A DNA stretch of 64,000 nucleotides from an uncultured Thermoleophilia bacterium (GTDB lineage: Bacteria; Actinomycetota; Thermoleophilia; UBA2241), in NCBI GenBank assembly GCA_963715985.1, contig CAVQSP010000017.1:160001-224000 (forward strand), read 5' to 3'. Both the position numbers and the translations under genes were made by a program. This document shows, piece by piece, positions 20,726-30,686 of this stretch. The notes beneath the pieces are model-generated. The model saw nothing but the letters and a program-made list of their open reading frames with translations. It did not search any database and was not told the origin of the DNA. Numbering within the stretch: the stretch's first letter is position 1; every line of letters starts with the position of its first letter.

Positions 20726-22178
20726 TCAGATGAAGTACGACAACAGCCGCATGAACGAGTTCCGGAAGCGCACGGTCAAGCTCTGCGCGTCGATGTCCAT
20801 GAGCGTGACCTCGCGCGAGACGGCGATGTCCTCCTCGTACAGCCGCTCCTGCCGGTGCGCGACGTCCTCGTCGTACATCCACAGCATGAGCTCCTTGTGC
20901 AGGCGCAGGCTGCGCGTGTCCATGTTCATGGTGCCGATGGCCGTGGCGCGCGAGTCGATGGTGATGGTCTTGGCGTGCAGGAAGCCGGCCTCGTACAGGT
21001 AGATCTTGACGCCGGCCTTGAGCAGCGGCCGGAAGTACGTCCAGGCCGCCCAGAACGGCACCTTCTTGTCGGGCACACCGGTCATCATGAAGCGCACGTC
21101 CACGCCGCTCAGGGCCGCGTTGATCATGGTGTCGTAGAGCCCGACCTCGGGGACGAAGTACGGCGACTGGATCCACACGTGGTGGTCGGCGTTGCCGATG
21201 GCCAGCATGTGGGCGCGGCGCGACGACTGCCAGGGGTCCTCCACGGACTGAGCGATGACCTGGCAGAGCACCCCGCTCTCGCCGCCGTCGGGGGCCGGCG
21301 CCGGGAGGTACTCGTCCGTGAGGACGTCCTCCTTGGTCTGGTCGAACCAGCGCGTCGCGAACAGCGCCTCGAGCTCGCCGACGATCTGGCCGGTGACGCG
21401 CACGTGCGTGTCGCGCCAGCGCTCGAAGCGCTTGCCGCCGTCCACGTACTCCTGGCCCACGTTGAAGCCGCCGGTGTAGCCGATCTCGCCGTCGATGACG
21501 ACGATCTTGCGGTGGTCGCGGTAGTTGAGCCGGGAGATAGAGGACACGTCCTTGGCGACCTTGCCGCCCAGCGGGACGAGCCCCTCGATCTTGGTCTTGT
21601 CCCAGGGCTTGCTGCCCAGGTAGTCGTACAGGAAGCGCACCTGCACGCCGGCCTTGGCGCGCTCGAGGAGAATGTCCGTGAGCGCGTTGGTGAGCTCGTC
21701 GTCCTCCCAGATGAAGTACTGCACGTGGATGAAGCGCTGCGCCGCTGCCATGTCCTGCTTGAGGCGGCTGAACTTCTCCTCGCCGGTGGGGAAGATCTCG
21801 GCGCTGTCGGCCGTCACGACGCCGAGCCCGTCCTCGCGGGCCATGGTGTCGGCGAGACGCTCGATGAACGTGCCGCCGTTGATCTGCCGGAAGCGCCGGT
21901 CCGCGGCCGCGTTGCGCGCCCAGAACGGCCGCAGCGTCGCGTACACCTTCGCCAGGTAGTCCTGCATCCACTTCTTCTTCTCGGTGATGGTGGCCCAGTC
22001 ACGGCCGGCGATGAAGTAGAAGATCATGCCGAGCACCGGCACAAGGAGGAGGGCGAACGCCCAGGCGAGCGTGTCGCCCGGGCTCGCGGTTCTCCATGAT
22101 GAGCGTGACCATGACGTACGCCCACAGCACGAGGTACGGGACCCAGATCCACCACGGGAGCAGCCCGAGGAACTGCAT
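20726..22178 (-). CDS. cls: cardiolipin synthase (frameshift near 22080)
   Basis: two HKD motifs (HRKIVVIDG, HAKTITID), WRDTH, SPYFVP; N-terminal PLDc_N ENREP..TLAW in another frame. Confidence 0.9.
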
Positions 22179-22241
22179 GCTGACCTCACTCTCTCGCGGC
22201 CTGCGTCGATCCCTCGCGCATGGCCTGATGTCGGATGTTCA

Positions 22242-22257
22242 GTGACCGAACGGTCAC
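22242..22257. promoter_or_regulatory. palindromic operator GTGACC-GAAC-GGTCAC (copy 2)
   Basis: 63 nt upstream of the cls start. Confidence 0.65.
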
Positions 22258-22281
22258 GGAAGGATACAGCACCCGGCAGAG

Positions 22282-22917
22282 TCAGTCCGAGCCGCGCGAC
22301 CTCTGCCGGCGCGTGGCACTGCCCTTTGAGGGATCTTGCGTGCGGCGATCGCGGATCCCGTCCCAGATGAGGCCGTCCACCTCCAGCGCCGCCTGCTCGC
22401 TGGTGAGCCCGCTGGCCCTGAGGATGCGCTCGTCGCGGATCAAGCGCGCGATCTGCCGGAGGATCTCCGCCAGAAAGCGCGTGTTCATCGGCCTGATCTC
22501 GCCGGCCGCGACGGCGTCGTCGAGCAGTTCCACGAACCGCTTCACGAAGCGGTCGGCGATGGCCTCGTACGCCACCCGCGTCGACTCGAAGCGATCGACG
22601 TCGCCGCGAAACGCCAGGGACATGGGTCGCAGGGCTTCCGCGGCGCCCAGGAAGTACTGGCGCGCCCGCTCCGAGGGGGTCTTGCCCCCGCGGGCGCGCT
22701 CCTCCAGCATCTCCAGCGTGACCTCGCCCCAGCGGCCGATGGCGAGCACCATCAGGCTGTCCTTGCTGGACGCGATCTTGTAGAGCGACGACTCCGAGCA
22801 GTGCAGTTCGCGCGCCATCTCGGCGGTCTTCACGTCCGAGAAGCCGCGCGCCGAGATGATCTCCATGACGCCGTCGAGCAACTCCTCGCGCCGTCCGTTG
22901 TCGAGTCGTCGTCGCAC
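22282..22917 (-). CDS. TetR/AcrR-family regulator
   Basis: RREELL...GFSDV...MARELHCSESSLY...SKDSL HTH. Confidence 0.85.
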   Translation of the reverse strand: MRRRLDNGRREELLDGVMEIISARGFSDVKTAEMARELHCSESSLYKIASSKDSLMVLAIGRWGEVTLEMLEERARGGKTPSERARQYFLGAAEALRPMSLAFRGDVDRFESTRVAYEAIADRFVKRFVELLDDAVAAGEIRPMNTRFLAEILRQIARLIRDERILRASGLTSEQAALEVDGLIWDGIRDRRTQDPSKGSATRRQRSRGSD

Positions 22918-23012
22918 GTTGAGGCCCCCGCGAGTCGTCTCCGCTGAGTCACGGTCTCCGTGCATTCTAGGGCTTGCGGGACCGCCGTTGTGCGTCTACT
23001 GTACGTAGCATG

Positions 23013-23045
23013 AAGAGTAGTGAACTACCGTATTGTACTACTCTT
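23013..23045. promoter_or_regulatory. inverted repeat AAGAGTAGT-N15-ACTACTCTT, candidate TetR operator
   Basis: perfect 9-bp IR in the AT-rich divergent promoter between TetR and rhodanese. Confidence 0.6.
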
Positions 23046-23084
23046 AGTGCAGTGTTCAAGGGAATGCGTGACACGGAGGATGCC

Positions 23085-23473
23085 ATGTCGAAGTCAGTCG
23101 CCGAGCTCATCGCCGAGGCCAATGCGCAGGTCGAGAGCGTCTCGCCGAACGAAGCTGCCGACGAGGCGGCTGCGGGCAAGGCCGTGCTCCTCGACGTCCG
23201 CGAGCCGGTGGAGTGGGAGCACCACATCGCCGGCGCCGTCCAGGTCCCCAGGGGCCTGCTCGAGTTCGCCGCCGACCCCGCCAGCCCCCGTACAAGGAGG
23301 AGCTGGACCCTGCCGGCCGGGTGATCGTGTACTGCCGGTCCGGCGCGCGAGCCGCCCTCGCCTGCGCCACGCTCAAGACGCTGGGCTACCAGAACGTGGC
23401 CAACATGGCGGGCGGCATCGGCGCCTGGAAAGAGGCCGGCCTGCCGGTCGACGAGCACCACGACGGGTTCTGA
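23085..23473 (+). CDS. single-domain rhodanese (frameshift near 23290)
   Basis: LLDVREP.E..HIAGA..VPRGLLEF, then VIVYCRSGARA...GGIGAW; GGAGG RBS. Confidence 0.85.
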
Positions 23474-23502
23474 GCATACCGCACGTCTGAAAGGACTCCG
23501 CA

Positions 23503-24675
23503 ATGGCCCCAGAAGAGAAGAAGGTCGACCTCAGCACCGTGCCGCTCGCGTGGGACGAGGTCTACTACACCAACTGCCCGCTCGTCTCCGCCAGCAACGT
23601 CGATCAGGAGCTGGGCTGGACCCGCGAGGAGTACAAGAAGATCGGCGTCAAGTACGCCTTCCTGCGCTCCGTCCGTGAGAACAACTGGTACCCGCATTAC
23701 ATCCATAACCTCGACAACCTCTTCCGCTTCGGCGGCCTGTTCCCGCCCGTCGCGGTGCACGCGGACCGTCGCAGGACCAGGCTCCTCGGGGCGACGCATG
23801 CGCCTCACGAGGGTGGCTGCCTGCTGGTACGCGCCAGGGACGACATCTACCGGGTGTCGGAGCTGAAGGGCAAGAAGATCGGCCTCACGAAGAGCCTGAA
23901 CACCATCAAGAACGACTGGTGGCGGATCCAGGAGCACCAGGGCATCGAGCTCATGCTCAGGGTCAACGGTATGACGATGAACGACGTCGAGATCGTGGAG
24001 TTCCCGTATCCCGACGACTGGTACGACAATCCGGCGATGCTTGAGCCGATGGAGAACCCGTCCGAGCTGTGGCTCAAGCGCGACCACAAGCACGACCTCG
24101 CCTTCCGTCCGCTGGAGACGGGGCTGGAGAAGGGCGTCGTCGACGCGATCTACACGCAGAGCAAGCCCTTCCAGCATCTGCAGGAGGCGACCGGCAAGTT
24201 CAAGGCCATCGAGGATCTGTCCCGGTATCCCGACTGGACCCTGCAGGTCGCCAACATCCCCGCCGTCATCACCTGCACCGACGTGATGGCCGAGGAGCAC
24301 CCCGAGCTCGTGGTCACGTTCATGAAGGGCATGATCAAAGTGGGGCGCTGGGCCAACGAGCACAAGCACGCAGCCGCGGCGATCCTCGACAAGCAGACCT
24401 TCTACCTGGACGTCGAGGACACCTACCAGGGCATCAAGCACATCGACATGGTGCCCAACCTCTCGCCGCAGAACCTGGCCTCCATCGAGATCGGCAAGGA
24501 CTTCATGGTGAGCCACGGGTACATCAAGAACGACTTCGACGTGCACGAATGGGCGGCGCCGGAGTTCTTCGAGCAGGCGGCGGAAGAGCTTCTGAAGGAA
24601 GAGTGGGCGAAGCGGAGCTCGGCCAAGCTTCCGGAGGCGACAGAGCTGCAGGTGTCCACGACGCGGCTCGGGTAG
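23503..24675 (+). CDS. DszB-like desulfinase (periplasmic-binding-protein fold, no signal peptide)
   Basis: YTNCP, H...RFGG..PP...RTRLLG, VR.RDDI...ELKGKKIG matching the DszB catalytic Cys/His/Arg layout. Confidence 0.75.
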   Translation: MAPEEKKVDLSTVPLAWDEVYYTNCPLVSASNVDQELGWTREEYKKIGVKYAFLRSVRENNWYPHYIHNLDNLFRFGGLFPPVAVHADRRRTRLLGATHAPHEGGCLLVRARDDIYRVSELKGKKIGLTKSLNTIKNDWWRIQEHQGIELMLRVNGMTMNDVEIVEFPYPDDWYDNPAMLEPMENPSELWLKRDHKHDLAFRPLETGLEKGVVDAIYTQSKPFQHLQEATGKFKAIEDLSRYPDWTLQVANIPAVITCTDVMAEEHPELVVTFMKGMIKVGRWANEHKHAAAAILDKQTFYLDVEDTYQGIKHIDMVPNLSPQNLASIEIGKDFMVSHGYIKNDFDVHEWAAPEFFEQAAEELLKEEWAKRSSAKLPEATELQVSTTRLG

Positions 24676-24706
24676 AAGCGAGCCCGCTCTCCCGTTGCAT
24701 GCCGTC

Positions 24707-24722
24707 GTGACCAGCTGGTAAC
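24707..24722. promoter_or_regulatory. palindromic operator GTGACC-AGCT-GGTAAC (copy 3)
   Basis: 84 nt upstream of the 24807 operon; left half sits 17 nt before TACCGT (-10-like). Confidence 0.6.
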
Positions 24723-24806
24723 GTCCCCGTACCGTCTCGGGCTGAGACGCGGGCGACGGGGCCGGTCGGCCGACATTCAGCCGCATACCTCCAGAACGGA
24801 GAGACC

Positions 24807-25097
24807 ATGTGTTGTTTCGTCACCGTGTTCGTCCTGCTGGGTCCACGTGCCGGCGTCGTCGTGTGGTGGATCCTCGACCCCGTCCGGTGGGACCTGGCGT
24901 TCAGCAGCTGGCTCTGGCCGGTCATCGGCTTCTTCATCGCGCCGTGGACCACGATGGCCTGGGTGGCCGTGGCACCGGGCGGCGTGACGGGGATCGACTG
25001 GCTCTGGATAGGGCTGGCCGTCTTCCTCGACGTCGCCTTCTGGGGCGGCGGCGCCTACGGCAACCGCGGCCGCGTGTCGGGCTCGCAGGCCGCGTGA
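24807..25097 (+). CDS. small Trp-rich membrane protein
   Basis: MCC..LLGPR...WW...GF..APWTT; 3 TM segments; GGAG RBS. Confidence 0.75.
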   Translation: MCCFVTVFVLLGPRAGVVVWWILDPVRWDLAFSSWLWPVIGFFIAPWTTMAWVAVAPGGVTGIDWLWIGLAVFLDVAFWGGGAYGNRGRVSGSQAA

Positions 25098-25140
25098 GAA
25101 GCGCCGTAGACAGGCGATGTTCAGCGAGGAGAAGGCACTG

Positions 25141-25607
25141 ATGAAGCTAGGCAGTGTTGATGAGCTGGGGCCGATCGACTACCTGGTCGTGGAGTTCCCC
25201 AGGGAGCGCGCGAACTTCTCGGGAGAGGTGAAGGAAGAGCTGGCGGCGCTCATCGAGTCCGGCCAGATCGGGTTCTCGACCTGCTCTTCATGAAGAAGCA
25301 CGCGGACGGCTCCTTTGAGGGCTTCGAGAAGCACGAGTTCGAGGACGGCCAGGCCGACGCCCTGCGCGAGTTGGCCGGCGAGGTCTCGGAGCTGCTCAGC
25401 GAGGAGGACGTCGCCAACATCGCGGAGGCGCTCGAGCCTGAGACCATCGCCGCCGTGCTGGTGTGGGAGAACACCTGGGCGGCGCCGTTCGCCGGTGCGC
25501 TCCGCCGCGCCGGAGGCCAGCTGGTGGCGAGCGGCCGCATCCCCATCCAGAGCATCCTCGCCGCGCTCGACCCGGACGCGGACGCAGCGCAGACGGAAGG
25601 AGCCTGA
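25141..25607 (+). CDS. DUF6325/DUF1269-family protein (frameshift near 25270)
   Basis: LGPIDYLVVEFP...VLDLLF.KK.ADG...LEP...AAVLVWENTWAAPF..A.R..GG.LVASGRIP. Confidence 0.85.
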
Positions 25608-25608
25608 C

Positions 25609-25806
25609 ATGCCACTGGGCAGAGGACGTGTGGGGCGGCCGGCCGTGATCGGACATCCGGTCGCGCGCACGGCCGCCGTGGTCGCCGTGGCCACGCCCGG
25701 CCGCGGTGCGCCCGGGCCGGGCGTGAGGCCGGGCCGGGGCGTAGGCGCGCCGGGGATAGGCGTCAGGCCGGGCCCGGGACCGGGAGGACTCGGCCCCGGC
25801 CGGTGA
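25609..25806 (+). CDS. 65-aa Gly/Pro/Arg-rich small protein
   Basis: AAGGAG RBS, ATG immediately after the upstream stop, followed by a hairpin; GAPGxGVRPG repeated twice. Confidence 0.6.
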   Translation: MPLGRGRVGRPAVIGHPVARTAAVVAVATPGRGAPGPGVRPGRGVGAPGIGVRPGPGPGGLGPGR

Positions 25807-25857
25807 GGCCGTCGCAGGGCGGCTCCGGCCGCCCGGAAGGCGTGGACCTGGATATCG

Positions 25858-25889
25858 CGGGGGTGAGGGTCATGTGGCCCTCACCCCCG
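25858..25889 (+). terminator. hairpin terminator
   Basis: cgggggtgaggg-tcatgtgg-ccctcacccccg. Confidence 0.65.
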
Positions 25890-25980
25890 TGGCGTTCGTC
25901 CCTTCATGCCTGTGTGCCGGCAGGGGAGTCGCTGCCGGGGGTGAAGTACCTCGCGAGACTGGCCTGACCTGAGGAGAACG

Positions 25981-26802
25981 ATGGCGACACCCAAAGCGTC
26001 GGCGAACCCCAGGTTGAGCAACTCCTACGAGCTGTTCATCCTGCTGCTCACCATCCTGTCGCTACTGGACATGGTGGCGCTGCTGTGGCCGCGGCTGGCG
26101 CCCGCGACCGTCCAGCTGCTCGAGATCTACGACCTGGTGATGTGCCTCGTGTTCCTGTTCGACTTCGGACTGCGCCTCAAGCGTGCCTCCTCGGCCCGCG
26201 CCTACTTCCTCCGCGGACGCGGTTGGCTCGACCTGTTGGGCTCCATTCCGAGTTTCGGCGTGCTGCGGATCACGACCCTGCTGCGGCTCGCCCGCCTCAG
26301 CCGCCTCTTCCGCGTCGTCAGCCTGTTCAGGAGCCAGGGCGGGGGCGGGCTGGCCAAAGACGTGCTCGCCAACCGCGGCCAGTACGCCGCCTTCATCACC
26401 CTGATCATGGCGATGACCGTGCTGACTGTGACGAGCGTGCTGATGGTGCAGACGGAGAGCAGGGTGGCCGACGCCAACATCACCACCGGCGGCGACGCGC
26501 TCTGGTGGGCGATCGTGACCATCACGACCGTGGGCTACGGCGACCAGTACCCGGTCACGGCCTTCGGTCGGGTGCTCGGGGCCTTCGTGATGTTCGCCGG
26601 CGTGGGGATCATCGGCGCGCTGGCCAGCATCCTTGCCAGCGTCCTCATCCCCGCGCCCAAGCAGCAGGCCGATCCCGCAGCGGAGATCGGCGCGCTCAAG
26701 GCCGAACTGGCCGCCATGCACGGCGAGCTCACCGCGATCCACGAGCTCCTGGCCCGCGGCTCGGAGACCGGAGAGGCTCAGCCTCGGGCCTCCGGTGTAT
26801 GA
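25981..26802 (+). CDS. 6-TM voltage-gated-type potassium channel
   Basis: S4 RITTLLRLARLSRLFRVV, WWAIVTITTVGYGD. Confidence 0.9.
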   Translation: MATPKASANPRLSNSYELFILLLTILSLLDMVALLWPRLAPATVQLLEIYDLVMCLVFLFDFGLRLKRASSARAYFLRGRGWLDLLGSIPSFGVLRITTLLRLARLSRLFRVVSLFRSQGGGGLAKDVLANRGQYAAFITLIMAMTVLTVTSVLMVQTESRVADANITTGGDALWWAIVTITTVGYGDQYPVTAFGRVLGAFVMFAGVGIIGALASILASVLIPAPKQQADPAAEIGALKAELAAMHGELTAIHELLARGSETGEAQPRASGV

Positions 26803-26829
26803 TCCTGTGGAGCTGACTGCGAGGGACCG

Positions 26830-28133
26830 ATGGTAGCGCTGGCCGTCATCCTCGTGATCATCATCGCGTGGAGCACGTTCTCGCGACCGCTCGACCGGCG
26901 CGGCATCACCTCGGCCATGGTGTTTGTGGTGGCGGGCTTCATCGTCGGCACGTCGGCGCTCGGCTGGCTCGACGTGTCTCTGGAGAGCGAGACGGCCCAG
27001 CGGATCACGGAGGTGGCGCTCGTCCTCCTGCTCTTCAGCGACGCTTCCCGGCTGGACCTGCGGGCACTGCGTCGCGAGCTCACCTTGCCGACCCGCCTCC
27101 TGCTGATCGGACTGCCCCTCACGTTGCTCGCCGGGACCGGTGTCGGCGTGCTCGTCTTCCCCGGCATGGCCCTCGCCTCAGTGTTCCTGCTCTCGACGAT
27201 GCTGTGCTCGACCGACGCGGCCCTCGGCCAGAAGGTCGTGACCGACACCGGGTGCCCGCACGCGTGCGGCAGGCGCTCGACGTGGAGAGTGGGCTCAACG
27301 ACGGCCTCGCCGTGCCGTTCTTCCTCGTGGCGCTCGACCTCGCCAACGCCGAGCTCACGACGGGGATCACGGGGGCGGTGATCAGCAACGCGGCCGCCCA
27401 GATCGGCTGGGGTCTGGCGGCGGGCGTCGTCGCGGGCCTGCTGGGGGCGCTCGCCTTCCGCCTCGCGGACAAGCGCGGCTGGATCGGCAGCGAATGGCGG
27501 CAGATCGTGCCGCTGGCCGCCGCGCTGCTCGCCTACGCTCTCGCGCTGACGCTCGGCGGCAGCGGCTTCATCGCCGCCTTCGTCGGCGGCATGGTCTTCG
27601 CGGCGGTCTCAGGCCAGCCGGGAACGGCCGTGACGCTGCTCACGGAGGAGACGGGAGGCGTGCTCGCCGCCGTCACCTGGATCGGCTTCGGCGCCCTCAC
27701 GCTCGGCCTCGTCCTTCCGCACGTCACGTGGCAGATCGTCCTCTATGCGGTGCTCAGTCTGACGCTGGTGCGCATGGTCCCCGTGGCGATCGCCCTGCTG
27801 CGCAGCGGAGTCCGCCGGCCCACCGTGGCCTTCATCGGCTGGTTCGGGCCACGCGGCCTCGCCTCGGTCGTCTTCGCGCTCATCGTCCTCGAGAGAGGCG
27901 TGCCCGAGATGCAGACGTTGCTCACCGCCGTCGCCGTCACCGTGGCCTTGAGCGTCGTGCTCCACGGTCTCAGCTCGGTGCCCTTGGTGCGCGTCTATCA
28001 TCGCTGGTACGAGGCGCACACCGACGTGCACCCGGCGGCGGCCGAGGCGGCGCCGGCGACCATGCCGCGCCAGCGGCGCCACCTGCCGGCCGCCGACCTC
28101 CTGCGGCCCGGAGAGCGCGAGGGCGCCGGATGA
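26830..28133 (+). CDS. CPA1 cation:proton antiporter (frameshift near 27250)
   Basis: LLFSDA, STDAALG, VESGLNDG, GSGFIAAF, GWFGPRGLAS. Confidence 0.88.
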
Positions 28134-28190
28134 GACAGCGTGACAAGACATGCAGACGGCTGAGACTCGGAGAGTGAGCAGGGAGGCACC

Positions 28191-28898
28191 ATGGCCGTGA
28201 GAGGAAGTCAGTCGGGGGATCCCCCGGCGTTCAAAAGCGTCGCCGAGCGCGGCCTGACCACGCCACGCGCCGCCGGGGTGGCGGGCATAGTCTTCGCCGC
28301 TCTCTTCGTGGTCGCGATCGTTCTTCTGCGGCAAGCCGTGGGCGTAGCGCTCGACACACAGACCGTGATGGAACGCCTGACGGGGCCGGAGTCGACTCAG
28401 GCGCTGGTCGGCCTTTACGCGATCCCGTTCACGGGCATCGCCTTCCTCTGGTTCATCGGCGTGGTCCGCGACCGGATCGGCGACCGCGAGGACAGGTTCT
28501 TCGCCACCGTCTTTCTCGGCAGTGGGCTGCTCTTCGTCGCCATGCTGTTCGCATCCGCTGCGGTCCTCGGTGGCCTCATCGCTGGCAACCGTTTCGGCAT
28601 CGCGGTACCCACCAACCTCGCGACCGTCGGCTTCGCGCGCTCGGTCGGCTACGCGTTCTTGTTCGTGTACGCCGCCAAGGCGGCGGGCGTCTTCATGCTG
28701 GCGGCGTCGACGATCGTCCGGCGCTCGCGCTGGCCGCGCTGGACGTCCCTCAGCGGTGTCGTGATCGCGGCGGTGCTCATCCTGAGCGTGAGCTTCTTCG
28801 AGCCGATCGTGCTGCTCTTCCCGCTCTGGGTGGCGGCGATCAGCGTGTACATCCTGGTCACGGGCGGCCGGAGAGCGTCGGCGCGCACGGGGCTCTGA
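28191..28898 (+). CDS. conserved hypothetical membrane protein (6 TM)
   Basis: LTTPRAAGVAG, PF.GIAFLWFIGV.RDRIG.REDRFFATVFLGSG; GGAGG RBS. Confidence 0.8.
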   Translation: MAVRGSQSGDPPAFKSVAERGLTTPRAAGVAGIVFAALFVVAIVLLRQAVGVALDTQTVMERLTGPESTQALVGLYAIPFTGIAFLWFIGVVRDRIGDREDRFFATVFLGSGLLFVAMLFASAAVLGGLIAGNRFGIAVPTNLATVGFARSVGYAFLFVYAAKAAGVFMLAASTIVRRSRWPRWTSLSGVVIAAVLILSVSFFEPIVLLFPLWVAAISVYILVTGGRRASARTGL

Positions 28899-28994
28899 CG
28901 CCGCCGCATCGCACGCGCGCGGCAGCTTTGTCATGCCACGCCGCAGATCCCGGACGGGACGGACCTGATTCGGCCGCACTGGACAGGGCTTCGT

Positions 28995-29672
28995 CTACTT
29001 CGCGCGCCGCCGCTGCCGATGCCGGCGCAGACCGAGCAGCGGGATGATCAGCAGCACCGTGCTCACGACGAGATAGAGGGCGACGGCGACCCGGGGAGCG
29101 ACAAGGGCTACGGCGATCGCCACGACGTTCAATCCGATCGAGGTCCAGCGTTGCCGGGTGATGCGCTTGAGCGTGCCCTCGGCGATGTTGTCCACGAGCA
29201 GGGCCGGCTCGTCTGCGAGGTAGAGGATGAGCAGGCTGAGCACGAGGGAGGCGAGCAGCAGGTCCAGGCCGTAGAGCACGGTGGCGAGCCCGGCGTCTGG
29301 CCCGGTCAGGTGCGTGACCATGAGGGAGGTCGCGAAGGGCAGCAGTCCGACGAGGAGCAGCAGCACGAGGTTCAGCGTGTACACGACGCTGTCCCCGAGC
29401 CTCATGAACTTGGTCACGCCCGAGTGCGTGATCCAGATCCCGCCGATGAAGGCGAAGCTGATGTAGTAGCCGAGGAACTCGGGCCACTGCTCGCGCAGCG
29501 CCGGCCCCAGAGGGATGCCCCCGCGAGGCACGGTGATCTCAAGGACCAGGAGCGTGATCGCGATCGCGAAGACGCCGTCGGAGAAGGCGTTGAAACGGTC
29601 GAGCGGCAGGGAGCGCCTGTCTTGCTCCGCGGCGCTGGCGTCGTCGGACGCTTGCGGTGGCTCATCGCTCAT
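28995..29672 (-). CDS. TMEM175-family K+/H+ channel
   Basis: R..AFSDGVFAIAITLLVL signature, W..H, LLPF.T. Confidence 0.9.
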   Translation of the reverse strand: MSDEPPQASDDASAAEQDRRSLPLDRFNAFSDGVFAIAITLLVLEITVPRGGIPLGPALREQWPEFLGYYISFAFIGGIWITHSGVTKFMRLGDSVVYTLNLVLLLLVGLLPFATSLMVTHLTGPDAGLATVLYGLDLLLASLVLSLLILYLADEPALLVDNIAEGTLKRITRQRWTSIGLNVVAIAVALVAPRVAVALYLVVSTVLLIIPLLGLRRHRQRRRAK

Positions 29673-29764
29673 GGCGGCCTCTCTTCTTCTGATGCTGTTC
29701 CCAGCCTGGGTCGCCGTGATGAGCATGCAACTCGTGGCGACGGGAGGTCGGCGCGCCGCCCGGC

Positions 29765-30676
29765 TCAGCCGAAGCGGTCGATCAGCACGCCGTGGCGCAG
29801 GCCCCGGTCGCTGACGGTCAGAGCGTCGAACCCGAGCTTGTCCATCACGGTGAGCACCACGCAGGCGCCGGCCAGGATCACGTCCGCGCGCTTGGGCTGC
29901 AGCCCCACGATCTCGCGGCGCGCCTCCACGTCGCGCGTGCGCAGGAGCTCGATCTGGCGGTCGACCTCGGCGCGGCTCAGCATTGACCCCTGCACCGCAT
30001 CGGGGTCGTAGACGGCCAGGCCGAGCATCACGGCGGTCATGTTGGTCATCGCGCCGCCCATGCCCACGAGCGCGTCCGCCTGCGGGCGGCCGTCGAGGCA
30101 GCCGAACTCGGCGGCGATGGCCGCCAGCGCCTCGTCAAGCTGGTCCCTCGTGAGCGGGCCGCCGAGCCCTTGTTCGTCCGTGAGGCGCACGGCGCCGACG
30201 TTCACGCTGAACTGTTCGTCCACGGTGACGCCGCGGCCGAAGGTGAACTGCGTACTGCCGCCGCCGGTGTCGAAGACGACCAGGCGGCCGTCCGCGAGGC
30301 CCAGTCCCTCCTTCACGGCGAGGTAGGCGAGCCGGCCTTCCTCCGCACCGGGGACCACCTCGACGGTGAGCCCGCAGCGCTCGCGCACGGCGGCGATGAA
30401 GGCGTCGCCGTTCTTCGCGCTGCGCATGCCCATGGTGCCGACCGCGACCACGTCCGCCGCCTCGTGCCGCCGGGCCTCGGCGGCCATGCCGGCGATGGCC
30501 TCCACGGTGCGCGCGATCGCCGCCGGTGCGATGTCACCGGTCTCGGCGATGCCCTCGCCCAGGCGCGTGACCTCGGCGCGATCCACCAGGGTGCGCCAGG
30601 AGCCGTCGGCGAGCCGCTCCCCGATGTGGAACTTGACCGAGTTGGTGCCGACGTCGATGACCGCGTAGACCGGCAT
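29765..30676 (-). CDS. Ppx/GppA-family phosphatase (short form)
   Basis: AVIDVGTNS, TRLGEG, G.EEGRL, DTGGGSTQ, RADVI.AG, SDRGLR.G. Confidence 0.9.
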   Translation of the reverse strand: MPVYAVIDVGTNSVKFHIGERLADGSWRTLVDRAEVTRLGEGIAETGDIAPAAIARTVEAIAGMAAEARRHEAADVVAVGTMGMRSAKNGDAFIAAVRERCGLTVEVVPGAEEGRLAYLAVKEGLGLADGRLVVFDTGGGSTQFTFGRGVTVDEQFSVNVGAVRLTDEQGLGGPLTRDQLDEALAAIAAEFGCLDGRPQADALVGMGGAMTNMTAVMLGLAVYDPDAVQGSMLSRAEVDRQIELLRTRDVEARREIVGLQPKRADVILAGACVVLTVMDKLGFDALTVSDRGLRHGVLIDRFG

Positions 30677-30686
30677 GGCGACCCTC

